In this document: in pieces, positions 47,987 to 60,961 of the stretch
Layout: each line of letters starts with the position of its first letter
Numbering within the stretch: the first letter of the stretch is position 1
DNA from: Nemertoderma westbladi
Lineage: Eukaryota > Animalia > Xenacoelomorpha
Length of the DNA: 60,961 bases
Assembly (NCBI GenBank): GCA_032718475.1
Contig: JAUCBJ010002088.1
Location: 1 to 60,961, forward strand
Direction of reading: 5' to 3'
Made by a program: the position numbers and the translations under genes
Notes under the pieces: model-generated
Told to the model about the DNA's origin: nothing
The model's input: only the letters and a program-made list of their open reading frames with translations
Databases searched by the model: none

Positions 47987-49863
47987 TTATACAACTGATC
48001 TACTATACATTTTTTTGATGTCTTCTGCTGCTGCTCTAAAGATGATTTCCATCGTAACAGTTCAGTGGAACTATCCACACTGAACCTTTGATAGTACCTC
48101 TCCCTCTGTAGATTCCCCGTTGTTGTACCTTCTTTAAAGCAATAAGATGGTTCTACAATATTATCCACAATTATTGCATCTTCTTTTGGCTCACTGTCCG
48201 ATTCCAATATGGCACAATTTCGTAGCCATTTTGGATTCGGAGAATTTGCAAAAAGAGTCCTTTTTGCTGAATTTAGAGAAGCAGTAGAATCACATCGATC
48301 TTCCATGACTATCGAGCATGGGCTAATAAAATAAGCCCACGGTCGACTGAATCCATGACACCTGTTCTATTTGTATTACTGCACCCACTTGCTATTGAAT
48401 TATTGTCATCAGTTAATTCAGTAGAATATTGCCTCATCTTTCCATCTGAATTCTTCTCAACCCAATGTACTCAACATCAACTCTGCTGTAAATTGTTCTC
48501 TCAAGTTTTAATCTGCAAATGGCAAACACTTTTATAGCACACCTAACACAAATAGCATACCGACAGTTGTTAAATCGAATACTGACATTCAACATCTAAA
48601 AAGAGGTTCTTGTATATTTACTACGAACCGTTTTTTATTAGTGGGATCGTTTTCAATTATTCCTGATGGTTTAAAATTACGTCTAAATTTACATGGACAT
48701 ATACTTGATTTTGTGAGTCATTTGTTCCAGTCCCCATTTCCATGTCCTATCAGTAGTTATGGTGAAGGTTTTTTCAAAATAGGAAAGTAATTCTCTAATT
48801 TAGTGATAGGAGATTGGACAGTATGCATCTGCTATCCAAGTACATATAATGGGCAACATGTTTTCTATGTTTCAATGTTGTGTAATTAATTATAGTCATA
48901 ATATATATATATTTAATTTTTTCAGCATTTTTTTTTCAGAATTTTTTCATTTAATTTTTTTATTTAATTTCAGCCTCACTGCTTAATGAGGTCGATGATT
49001 ATGATGAGAGTGAACCGAAGATTAATGGCGGTGAATGTGTTGTCACATATGAAGGGGAGAAATGTATCTCTAATCTGTAGAGTTTTAACTCATGTATTTC
49101 TGGAAGAGGAAGAATATCTAGTCATCTTGGATAAGGCCCAAGAAATTTATATGGGATATAATTACACAACTGTTTTCAGTTTTCAGCTAATCTAGCAGCG
49201 TCAGTTTTACAATACGACCAAACGCCCATCTTCCCTACCACATGGCGCATTGGATTGCATCAAACATCCTGGCTACCTGGGCAAGGACCAAGAAAGACAA
49301 CGTCGAGAAAGAATCTCGACGTTAACCTTATATGTATACCCATATTGTAATACGTAATCTTATTTTTAAATTGGTAGTTTTTTTTGTTGCCTGGGGAAAA
49401 AGTTCTATTTTTTTTATTTTAATCGATTATTTTTTGTAATCGATTTATTTGCACTTATTGCATAATCCATTAAAGTTCGTGTTACCAGTAGCAGTACGTA
49501 GATAACTGTAAAAGCTTTTGCGGATATAACCAGTCATTTTCTCCGCAATATACAGTATAGGTGTTTTAGGGGACATAACAAGCCATTTTCTCCGCAATGT
49601 ACCGTGTGGGTATTTTAGCGGACATAACAAACCATTTACGCCGCAATGTGCTAATACTCTAAATAGATTGTAGTTCTGATGACGAAATCTGTTAGCTGAT
49701 TTACTGTCGATGTGGAACCTCTCTTTGTTCAGCTCGCTCAGCTCAGCCAAACAGAGCGATTTTCATTTTATCTTGTACAGAAAATCGCTCTGATTGGCTG
49801 AGCTGGTCTGAGCTGAGCTTATAAACGTTTACAGTGTAACTTATGTAAACTACGTAAAACTCC

Positions 49864-52800
49864 CGAGTTATTATCATGTTATGACAATATTCTTAAAGAT
49901 CAATTACGTCGTGATTTTATAGAATTAGTTGAAGTAAATAGTCCTAGTGAGCCTAGTGATATACATTCCGGATCAGTGGTACATTATTTACCACACCGAG
50001 GCGTTCTTAAACCTGAATCATCTACCACGCCATTACGGATTGTATATGATTGCTCATCACGCTCAGCCCCTAATTATCCTAGTTTAAATGATAATCTTTA
50101 TTCGGGTCCAGACCTAAATAATTTATTGTGCAATTTGTTATTACGTTTCTGTTTACATCCTTATTGTGCTATAGCTGACATAGAAAAAGCCTTTCTACAA
50201 ATAGGCTTAGATCAATCTGATAGCGATTGTACAAGATTTTTATGGATCCAGGATCCATTCGACCCTTTTAGTCAATTAGTGCATATCGTTTTAAAGTTAT
50301 TTTATTCGGAGCTACGTGTAGCCAATTCTTATTGAATGCTACAATAAAATATCACCTCAATAAATATTCTTCAAATATTGCTGAGAAAATAAGCGAAGGT
50401 ATTTATGTTGACAATCTACAGTGTATGGAGCCAACAGAGACAGAATTAATAGATATTTACCGTCAAAGTAAACAAATTTTAACTAAAGGTGGATTTCCAT
50501 TGCGACAATGGGTAACGAATTCCCCAAAATTACAGGAAATCATTGTAACCAATAACGACTGACCTAAAACGTATAAAAGTACTGTTTAAGTTACTTGGTA
50601 TGTTGTGGCACATTACTGAAGATAAACTCGGGTTTGTCTCCAATGAAATTATTTCTCCTGATATTATAACAAAGAGAGTGATTGTTAGTTTGTCTGCGAA
50701 GGTTTTTGACCCATATGGTTTTCTACTGCCAATAACAATTCGCTCTCATATTCTTATACAGCAACTTTGGCGTTTACAATTAGACTGGGATGCAACCATT
50801 CGCAGCGATTTAGTTTCAGTTTGGAACTTATTACTTACAGACCTAAATGGAGCAGCCATGTTGACAATTCCTAGACAGCTCCCATTGGCTCCAATAATCG
50901 ACTTACACTGCTTTAGTGACGCTTCTAAAAAAGCATTCGGTGCTGTAATTTACATTGTAAATGAAAATGGTTCATTTTTTATTACAGCAAAATCGAGAGT
51001 GACTCCAATTAAACAATCGAAACCTTCTTTACCTAACCTCGAGTTGATAGCTTTTAATATTGGAGCTCGGTTGGTAAATTATATTTCTGATGTGTATTCA
51101 TCGATATTTACTCCACGTTCGTTAAATCTGTGGACTGACAGTCAGTTAGTGCTACATTGGGTGAATAGCACTAAAGTTTTGAAACCTTTCAGAAAAACTC
51201 GCGTAGACGAAATTCACAGGTTGGTACCTATGGCAACCATTCGTTATGTACCTACCAAAGACAATCCTGCAGACTTGTTAACTCGTGTGATTAGTTATTC
51301 GCAATTTTTAACTTTGAATATTTGGGTAAACGGCCCCGATTGGCTGATTACACCATGTGATTTGGCCCCAACAACCATCATATGGATTTGAACACGAAAC
51401 TGCGGGCCTAGTTTCTTCCTCCATACCGGTAGTTGTAGACAGTTTAAGTGAAACTGAAAGTAAAGTTTATCACGTCAATAAACCTATCATCGATATATCA
51501 ATGTTTAATAGTTATAACAAACTTATCAACGTTACAGCTTGGGTTATAAAGTTCATTAGTTGTTACAAAATTAAAACGAAAACGACAAATACCTGGAAAT
51601 CTGGCAATAAATTGCCATCCTTATCTGTTAGTGATATTAATTCAGCCCAAACTTATTGGTTTCGTCAAGTTCAGTACGAAACATTTTATTCTGAAATACA
51701 GCACTTAAAGAAACAAGTCGATTCTACCAGGACTACTAAACCCCCTCATTTAATTCGGCAACTAAATTTATTCCTACACAATGGAGTTATTCGGTCCAAA
51801 GGTCGGATCGACCATGCTGACCTTGATTGGACAACGAAATGTCCGATCTTTATTCCGAGTAAACATAAGTTTACTGAGTTACTTATTCTTGAAACTCATA
51901 ATCGATTTTTACACTGTGGTGTTACAGAAACAGTTGTAAACTTGCGACAAGTCTTTTGGATCTCACGTATACGACAACGTGTCAATTCAATACTCCGGCT
52001 ATGTGTTTCCTGTCGCCGAGTTCAAGGTCGACCTTACACAACTCCACCAGAACCTCAACTTCCGCCATTCGAGTAAGGATTGCTAATCCATTTCAAGTTT
52101 CTGGTGTCGATTATACGGGATATTTGCTTGTTAAGGAGAACGAATTAATTACTAAGGCTCATATAGCTTTATTCACTTGTATGGCCTCATGAGCCATTCA
52201 CTTAGAGGTCGTTAGCGATAACTCTACAACTGAATTCATAATGGAATTGAGACAGTTTATTGGACGTCGAGGCTGCCCTACTCAGTTTATTAGTGATAAC
52301 ACGCATCCACTTTCGTTTCTGCTGATATTAATCTACAAGACCTACATTCTGATCCGTCCGTTTGAAGCTACTTGCTTTTACAACGAATTGTGTGGCGTTT
52401 CATATCTCCATCTAGTCTGTGGATGGGAGGTACATGGGAACGACTCATAAAGATGACCAAGTTAACATTAAAGAAAACTTTAAAGAAATCTTTAGTTTCT
52501 ATTGACCAACTGCGTACAATAGTTGTAGAGATAGAATCTCTTATAAACGATCGGCCATTGACCTACATGAGTTCCGAACCGGATGAAATACTTCCACTAA
52601 CTCCCTCTCATTTACTTTATGGAAGAAAACTAAACGGTTTAAATATTATTTCCGATGTTTTAGAACTTATATCTGATCCCTCATACGGAAGCGATGACGA
52701 AACATATGTTAGGAAACAATATTTACATATTACAACATTGATTAGTAACTTTTGGCGACATTGGAACCAGGAGTACCTGGTAGCACTACGTGAAAGACAT

Positions 52801-53674
52801 CAATATACAACATCTCTGACTGAAGTCGTTCCAAAATTCGGAGACATTGTTCTAATCGGCAGCGATAACCTTCCTCGGATGCAATGGCCGTTAGGGAGGA
52901 TTATAATGCTCCATCCAGGACAGGATGACTATGTACGTTCCGTTTCATTGAAAACTCGTCATGGTGTTTTGAAACGCCCAGTGAAACGCTCTTATCCATT
53001 AGAAATTAACCATTCCGAAATGCTAGTTGACAAAAATGGCGATCTTCAAATTCAAAGCACATCGGAATCCACCGACAAGATTTACAGAGAACGAGGAAAC
53101 GTGCAACGATCACGCATAAAAATATAGAATCGTGTATTAAAAAATTGTCAAGTGACGATTCAGATAGCGAGGCATAAAATTTAACTAAAAAGTAACAAAA
53201 TATCAGTTTACAATAAATTATACATATTTTTATTTAACCCGTTGACAAATATACAGTAGTTAGATATAAATTATTTTTCTATATGTAATTTTTTTTTTTT
53301 CGTTAATAATACAAATTGTTGATTTGTACAGATTTGTAGTGTATGAAAGTTATTAAATTGAAGCATACATACGCATAAAGTTGTCATTGTGTGATATACG
53401 GTATATATATTTTTTTGTCATAAATATTTTGTTTTCGGAAATTTTTTTTTCGGTGGTGGAGGATGTAACAAATACAGTATATATTACCACCCTATATAAG
53501 GCTCCTATTATTATAACAAGTACATCTACTACGGTACTGAGAGTTTCAGTGTTTACCATTCAATATTATGTATTACCTTGCCTAAGCTTAATATACTGCT
53601 GTACTGATCGAGGTCATGTTTTATATATACAGTATATAATATTTCTGTTCTGCCATTCCCGAACATTCAGAACA
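49864..53674 (+). mobile_element. Duplicate of the decayed BEL family 2 element
   Basis: Same frameshifts and stops as 40860-44670. Confidence 0.9.
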
Positions 53675-54118
53675 TATAGGAACTGATCTAGGGATATAAC
53701 TTTTATTGACGCAATGGTGGGACTATTTCCGCCATCACAATATATACTCAAATATACTACCCCCCCCCCCCCCATCCCGTCTCAATAGGGCTCCTATCTG
53801 TGCCCCCAGCTCATATCTCCATTACAACCTTTATAAAGTATTAGTTAACATAACCAGGTATTGTATTAGTCAACCAATAAGTAAAGTGATATTAACCTTT
53901 ATTGGTGTTACAGTGGATTGTGTGGGCTGTACATCATACAGTAGGGGCCTACCATAATTGATGGTTAGGCCCAATCACGCAATCACCTGCTTTAATTTAG
54001 TTGTTTGTGATTGGTTACAGCCAACAGCTGCTCTGTTAATTAAATTTAAGTAGTATAAGAAGAGCAATGAAAATGTTTCTCCTATCCATTTGTGCCAGCC
54101 ACTTCATGTATTTTCAAT

Positions 54119-54763
54119 ATGGCAGCTACCCACAAATCGCGTTTTAATCTATCAAACCCTGATTTTACCAAGGTTTGTCCTGTGGGGCACCTCCACGAGG
54201 TTGCCATTGTCGGTTCATCCCACCCGGATCATATCTTTGATTTCATCCAGCGTGAGCCAAACGCTGACAACAACTTTGGGCTCTCCCCGACAGTTGCCAA
54301 TGTTCATTTTCAGTGCGGATCGGGTCGTGTATTCGAAACACATAACGCCCAGAACATCATGCACTCATGGGAGTGTAATCCCTGTATCATTGTTTTGATG
54401 TTTGGAGGGAATGAGCTCTGCGATCCTAACAAGACCGTGGAATTTGTTGCTTCTAAACTAAAAACTCTGATATGGGATTACGCGAGCCTGGGTGCTGTTG
54501 TTCTGTGGTTGCATGTGTTTCCACGTTTCATGGCTCGAAATGGGCTTGCGTTGCAGGTGGATTTTGAAGAGAGAAGGGTGGTGTTGAATGCAGAGATGGA
54601 CTCGTGGTTGTGTCGGACATCCACTGCCTCCGCTATCGTCCTGCAAGGATGTTTGAACGTGCCGACCAGGGGTGCCCTGGATCATCTGAGTGATATGGGG
54701 CAGTGGAAGCTGTACCATGCCGTCAGGCATGCGCTTCTTACTGCAGTGTGGCGCCTGCAGTAA
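54119..54763 (+). CDS. SGNH/GDSL-type hydrolase-like protein, second copy
   Basis: Open; three amino-acid differences from the first copy. Confidence 0.7.
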   Translation: MAATHKSRFNLSNPDFTKVCPVGHLHEVAIVGSSHPDHIFDFIQREPNADNNFGLSPTVANVHFQCGSGRVFETHNAQNIMHSWECNPCIIVLMFGGNELCDPNKTVEFVASKLKTLIWDYASLGAVVLWLHVFPRFMARNGLALQVDFEERRVVLNAEMDSWLCRTSTASAIVLQGCLNVPTRGALDHLSDMGQWKLYHAVRHALLTAVWRLQ

Positions 54764-56334
54764 GATAGCAAACAGGGCCCTCGGGCATTGCATTGCCCCA
54801 TTATTGGGGCATTACTCCTGCCTGCCTGACTCCCTTTGTTACTTTGAAATGGCCTGAATGTGAGGCCTTTCGAAGGATTAATGCAGTATGGTAATTGTAC
54901 TGTAAAGGGTTATGATTTTGTTTACTTGTTAAGTATTTCTTAATATTGCTTAAACAAGTAAACATGTGTAAACAAATAAATCAAACATAATATTAGGCAT
55001 ATACAATTCTTATTGTAGCCAACATTCCACATTTTTATTGGGGTATTTACACTAAGAATACATGCTTGCAATTACCTGGCTACACCGGACTGCTTCTAGC
55101 TCTACAGTATGCATATGATCGTTGAATCTGAGGATGTTGATCTCAGTTAAATAGGATTTACCTCAATATTAGTTTATTGTTTTGTTGTATCTCAACAAGA
55201 CTCTTTAACCCGATTTTTTTTACTAATCCATTAATATACAGGCGTACAGGTACACGTAGGTGGTGGTGTGAAATTAACACACATTTAACTCAGACTACCC
55301 CCCCCCCCCCCCCCCCGCCCGTTTTCTTGACTTCTGGACGTACCGGTACTGTAATAGAGATTTTTCGGTACCGGATATGTGTAATTGATTAATGAAACAA
55401 TAATTGATTAATTTCCCTAAGTTTGAACTATTCTGTTATTTCCTTTTTAGATTGTTGCAATAGCTACCCAATAGCTTATCTTCCAACAATTACACTGACT
55501 TGTTTCCATGGCTAACTATAATCATTTTCAGATTCATCAACATACATTTGATATTTTTAAATTCAATGCTGGTAAGTGATACCGGTTAGCTAACAGTAAC
55601 TAATCAGAATAAATTAATGTCAGTTTAAATCTCTCTGTCTGTTTTAGTAACTGTTAAATTGTTTTTTGTTGATCTTAACCTGTTTTTATTCCCGATTTAG
55701 GTTTGATATTACATATATCTTACTGTTGTTCGTTTCGGTAACTGTTCGTTTACTACAGTGGTATCAGTCAGTATAGAGCAGGAATAATATAGGAAAGGCC
55801 TAACTGTTGGACTGCGATAAGGTTTATTGATACTGTAATAAATGCTATTATAGTACTCATATAATTTGAGATTTTTAGCACTGTCGCCTACATTTTAAAT
55901 GGTTTTCTCAGTAACGTGGTATGTTTCCTCAATTGGTAGCGGGATTGTATTGTATATTGGTTTGGTTAGAAAAACGGGCATCTGTAACCTGCTTCCTTCC
56001 CTCAATTGTTTTGGTTGGAAAATACCTCCTTTGTAACCTGCACCTTTCCCTCAATTGTTAACAAGATTGTTTTTATTGTTTTGGTTAGAGTAGCTCGTCT
56101 CTGTAACCTGTCCCCCCCCCCCCCCCCCCGTACATTTCCCATTGTAATATAAAGTAACGGTAAATACATTACATACAACAGCATTAGTGGGTGAATTTGG
56201 AAGAGTGATTTGCCACGACAGTGTTAAGGAATACTGGAAATCTCTATTTCCAACAGGTAATGAAGCTGTTTTTATATTATGGAACAGTAAACGTGGTATA
56301 TCAACTTCTATCCCTATTCAACTTATATCAACTT

Positions 56335-57636
56335 CCAGCCGGACAGAGAGAGATGTTAGTGCCGAGAGCGGGCGAGCGAGAAGACATCAGACGGAAGCGA
56401 GAAGAAGAATAGTGGAGTTTAACCAGGAGGTCGACGAGAGATCTCATGAGTGGGGATGCTACATTGGAGAGAGAAGAAGAGAAGAGAATAGAAGAGGCGT
56501 CGCTACGAGTGACTGGAGAGCGAGGACAGATAGCGAGCCGGCAGTAGTAGAGATAGAGTTGGGGAGTCAGTGGGGTCAAACTCCGGGAGATTGCCATCGC
56601 CCCGGAGAGACGCACCACACACTAAGAGAAGGGTACAGGACGTACCGATACTAGGAAGAGAACAGGAGAGGGGATTGAAGAGAAACTTCCCGACGGGATA
56701 TAGCTGCCGATCGAGAGTACGGTAGTCATGGGGAGAGGCCTTCTTGGAATATTCGAGAAGGTTAAACTTCGGTCCGGAAGGGCACATGCAGACTGCAGGA
56801 CATACTGTAGGCCTTACTGCACATACTATAGGCCATGCTGGGAGAGATAGTGTAGGCGATAGAGTAGCGCGAACGACGGGATTAGATCCGGAAGTCGCGG
56901 AGTATATACCGGTAGGTAGGCAAGAAGTGGATAAGCCTATATCGGTACCAACACAGCAGCATGACTATAATATGCAGGGACATAACATATATCCAGGGGA
57001 GGGGAGAGTTATTACAGATAGGTGTATGGGCCCCAATATGTTAACATCAACCCCAGTACCAAACATAATACCGGTGGGGGGGGGGGGGGGGGGGGGCAGG
57101 GTGACATTCCCCCATTACAATATCAACAATACACTCAACCAGGAATAAGAACATTGAACCCCCTGGACGAGAACAGGTCGTGCGACACGGAAATATGGAG
57201 AGGGCCGTTACCCCCAATGATATATCCGACGCAAGTAAAGGCAACAGGCAACAGGGCAGCTAACAGGAGAATCTGTACAGCATTCTTTGAACCCATTGGA
57301 AGCACAGGCAATGGGAATGGCGACACTGATCGATGCACTGAAGGCCAGGATCGAATTACCACCAGTCGAACCATTTAAATTCGACGGAAGCAGACCGGAA
57401 TAATTCCTGCAATTCCGACGGATGTACAGCAACGAGATATTAAGTAAGAACCTGACGCAAGTGGAGTGCCTAAAATATCTACAGGTATATATATACAGGA
57501 GGCCCAGCGTACGACATCGTGAGGCAATATCAGGGCATCGAGGGCGGCTTCACAACTGCATGGCGGGCCTTAGACAGAGAATACGGACATCCAGCCAAGA
57601 TCATCAGGCAAACCCTATGGGGTATAACATCGGGTG
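56335..57636 (+). pseudogene. gag: Older diverged gag fragment of BEL family 1
   Basis: Homologous to ~9740-11026 with stops and frameshifts; cut by the next LTR. Confidence 0.88.
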
Positions 57637-58173
57637 TGTTAGCTTATTCAATCCCGCCAACACCCCATAAAGTTATTAGCCGATAAGCAATATTGGGAGC
57701 CACGAGATTGGGCAATTAACCAACTCGTGCCATCCCAATAAGAGTGGGAAGGAAGCACACAATAGAGGGTCAGGGGCCAAACCCCTAACCCAGAGAGAAC
57801 AGGTGGAGTGAACGGGAATACTCCACGGGGCGCCAACAAGGGTATTAACCAATCAGAGGGGGGAATGGCATCGATTGAGTAGCAGTAAGGCCACCGTGCA
57901 ATATAACCAATAACCTATTAATCAGTGATTCAGTTATCTCAGTGCAGCAGTGCTAGCGTAGGGTACAGCCAATTAGTTTAGTTAGGGGATCACGGGACTT
58001 TAGTTACCGTATCCCGCCTTGTACACATTCACAATATATCTATATCTTATAACCTCTTATTATACACCGAACTTCAGAACTCAATTATCTTTACTTCACC
58101 CTTACACACGGCGGGGACGCGTGGACTAAATACCACACCGGATAAATCGGGATCCCTCCTGGATCCCGTCACA
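57637..58173 (+). repeat. 5' LTR (537 bp) of the second BEL family 1 copy
   Basis: TGTTAG...GTCACA; first 300 bp nearly identical to 6905, central part diverged. Confidence 0.95.
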
Positions 58174-60961
58174 GTAACTAAATCCGAGCTGCCGCCCTAG
58201 TTAAACTCTAAGAACTACCGGTACAACCTAGCTAGCCGAATCATCAGCCACAAACGAGATGAGTGAATCGGGCGAGACACCGACGCGGACCCCGGACGAA
58301 GACCTAACGATCCGCGAGGCCGCGACCAAGCGATACAGGCCCACGACGCCGGAGCCATCGATAACGGGCGAACCGGAAGTCCAGGACGAGGAGGGCCTGG
58401 AACCCGAAGTCGAACCAAGAGAGAAAGAGAGCGAGATGGAGGGAGATGGAGACGAGTCGACACGAGAGGGAGAACGGCGCGCCGATGTCGCCGGCCAGCT
58501 ACCGGCCGAGGGCGACGGGCGGCCCACCGAAACGGCGACGGTGGGGCCGACGGTGCGACGCCGGACGCGAAGAGACGGAGGAGAGATCGGTACCGATGTC
58601 GCCGGCCAGCTACAGGCCGAGGGCGACGGACGGCCCACCGGAACGGCGACGGTGGAGCCGCCGGTACGACGTCGAACCCGGAGGGACGGAGGAGAGGTCG
58701 GCGACGAGGACGTCGGGGTTTCTGAGCGACTTCGACGGGCCTACAACGCGACCCGGAAGCTGATAAACGACGCCAAGAAGGAAGGGGCGAAGGTAGACGA
58801 GGTGAGACTGAGAAAGCGACTAGGTGAGTCGGATAAACACTTAAATTACCTAATACGTTTTGGGCAGAGAGAACTGGCCGGGGAGAGAGCAGAAAGGATA
58901 GCCGGCGAACTGTTTGAACTATGGGAGTGTGGGAGTATGGAACCTAGCGTAGCGCCAGTGTACATAGGGCCATACTTGGTCGATGCCCGGGGAGTGAAAC
59001 CAGTGGGTTGGAAGGGACCTGAAGAGGGCGAATCCGAGGTTAACACCGAGGATTCGGCCTCGTCGGTCGGAGAAAGCTCCGGAAAGGGGGAGAAAGTTAG
59101 TAGGTCGGGAAGGCGGGGGAAGTCCGTCGTAACCGATAAGTCTGCTACATCCTCCGCGAAAGAAAGAGCGGTGAGAAAAATAGGAGCCACATACCGTCTC
59201 AGCATGGCAGAGCAAGGTCAGAGAGAAATGAAGGAACGGCTAGAGGAGGGAAGAGTGCGGTTAGAGAGGGAAACGGTATTGCTTAGAGAAACCGGAGAAA
59301 GGGCCGAAAGGGCTTTGAAAAGCCTAAGGGAGTATGATGAGATAGAGGAAAGGGAGTGTAGGGAGCGTGAAGCGAGAGAGGAAAAGGAACGCGAGGAGCG
59401 TGAGAGCGAGAGATGGAAAAGGAACGCAAGGAGCGTGAGGCGAGAATGGAAAAGGAACGCAAGGAGCGTGAGGCGGAACGCAAGGAGCGTGAGGCGGGAA
59501 TGGAAAAGGAACGCAAGGAGCGTGAGGCGGGAAAGGAAAAGGAACGCAAGGAGCGTGAGGCGAGAAAGGAAGAGGAACGTAAAGAGCGTGGGGCGAGACG
59601 AAGGGAGAGCATTAAGAGTGCCGCAGACTCGGCCATCAAGGACACCCAGGAGCGTGAGGGGATAGTGGCAAAGAGTGAAAAGGAGCGCAAGGAATTAGAG
59701 AAACGGCAGAGTGAGTATGCGAAAAATATAATTAGAGGGACGCACGAGTTGGAATACGTGCGAGTGGGACCGCCGTCTGAAACTGGGGCCGGCTCGAGTA
59801 TTTTTGAGGAGCCGAGGGCCGTAGATGTATTTGTTAATACTCCACTGACAGGGACCGCACGACAGACTCAAGACTGGTGCGACCGTACGAGCGGGGGGGG
59901 TAATATAATAATAATGGTACAGTAGACGTTGTTGATATTAATAGTACCGTATGGGATAACGCTAATCAAACCTTTATTACAGGAAATACTTTGCCTGGTG
60001 GTAGTAATTTAAATTTAAATCAGAACAATCCCAGTGTTAATGTAGAAAATAATCCTAATATTGATGTAGTTACGCAAAATAATTCAAATAATCAAAATAA
60101 TAACTCGAATTCGGACCTACAAAATAACTTAAATAACGCAATTACACAGAATAATTCGAATAATTCAAATAATGATCTTAGCCCGAATTTACAAAATAAT
60201 TCAGATAACGTAGTCGCGCAGAATAATACAAATGATTTTGTTTCAAATGAGCAAATTAATTCCGTTTCCAATATGGGTGCTATTAGTGTAGACACGTCGG
60301 GCCTACGTAACCAGGGAGCAGAGGGCCTGGTAGGCCACGTAGTTAGTAGACAGGGAGCAGAGGGCCTGGTAGGCCACGTAGTTAGTAGACAGAGAGCAGA
60401 GGGCCTGGTAGGCCACGTAGTTGGTAGGCAGGGAGCGGAGGGCCTGGAAGGCCACGCAATAGCAGAGGGAGAGGCGGGGGTGAATAGACCCGACTGTGGT
60501 AGGGTTGATGTGTCGACTAGAGAGATATATAGTAGCGGGGCGAGAGGTAGCGAACTTAGATGTAGCGAGTGGGGGGGGGGCTACGAGCACCCCACAACAG
60601 AAAGTTAGCGGCGAGAGGGGGGGGGGCAGAGAGTGTCCCACAGCCGTCAGCGGACAATGCGAGGGCCGAACAAGGTAAACCGCAACAACCGGCGACGGAG
60701 AGTAATAGGGGGATTGCGAGTATCCCCGGCGACGTGCGATCGACCAGAGAAAGACAGGTCGACGTCGCGGGAGGGCAGACGGAGCGTCGAGCCCGATCAG
60801 AGGAGGAAAGAAGAACAGTGGGGTTTAACCGGGAGGTCGACGAGAGATCTCGTGAGCGGGAATATTCCACTGATAGGAGAAGAGAGGAAGAGAGTAGTAG
60901 AAGTATCGCCGCAAACGATAGAAGAGCGAGGACGGATAGCGAGCCGTCGGTAGTCGAGGTG
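57637..60961 (+). mobile_element. Second BEL family 1 element (5' LTR and gag start), continuing beyond the window
   Basis: LTR 57637-58173, same post-LTR sequence GTAACTAAATCCG, gag from ATG 58259 with frameshifts; expected TSD GGGTG (57632-57636). Confidence 0.93.

Larger units (their letters stand above)
47986..55776. repeat. Tandem duplication, unit 2 (no hAT)
   Basis: ORF track repeats at offset 9004; single CTGGGCAA at 49277. Confidence 0.95.

Overview
AT-rich eukaryotic (probably invertebrate) DNA made almost entirely of nested mobile elements and local duplications, with no ordinary multi-exon host gene recognised. (1) A very young, 14.0 kb BEL/Pao LTR retrotransposon (6905-20922; 541-bp LTRs, CTATT target-site duplication). 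After pol it carries an array of about 21 hairpins and a third 844-aa ORF resembling a WRN/RNase D (DEDDy) 3'-5' exonuclease plus three CCHC knuckles. It has no canonical TGG tRNA primer site. (2) Two copies of an intronless mini-gene with the tandem CHHC zinc fingers of the piRNA cofactor GTSF1/Asterix. (3) An endogenous flavivirus-like envelope (E) fragment with an intact fusion loop. (4) A decayed DIRS/Ngaro-like element in the unusual order RT-RH, gag, YR, followed by two Crypton-like tyrosine recombinase remnants. (5) An apparently intact hAT (hATm-like) transposon with an 8-bp TSD, one intron, and its empty site in the adjacent duplicate. (6) A ~9 kb tandem duplication holding a decayed second BEL family and an intact SGNH-hydrolase gene. 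(7) A second copy of the young BEL family, nested in an older relative and running off the window end. The locus resembles a TE trap or piRNA cluster. All family assignments are by motif recognition by eye; no searches were run.
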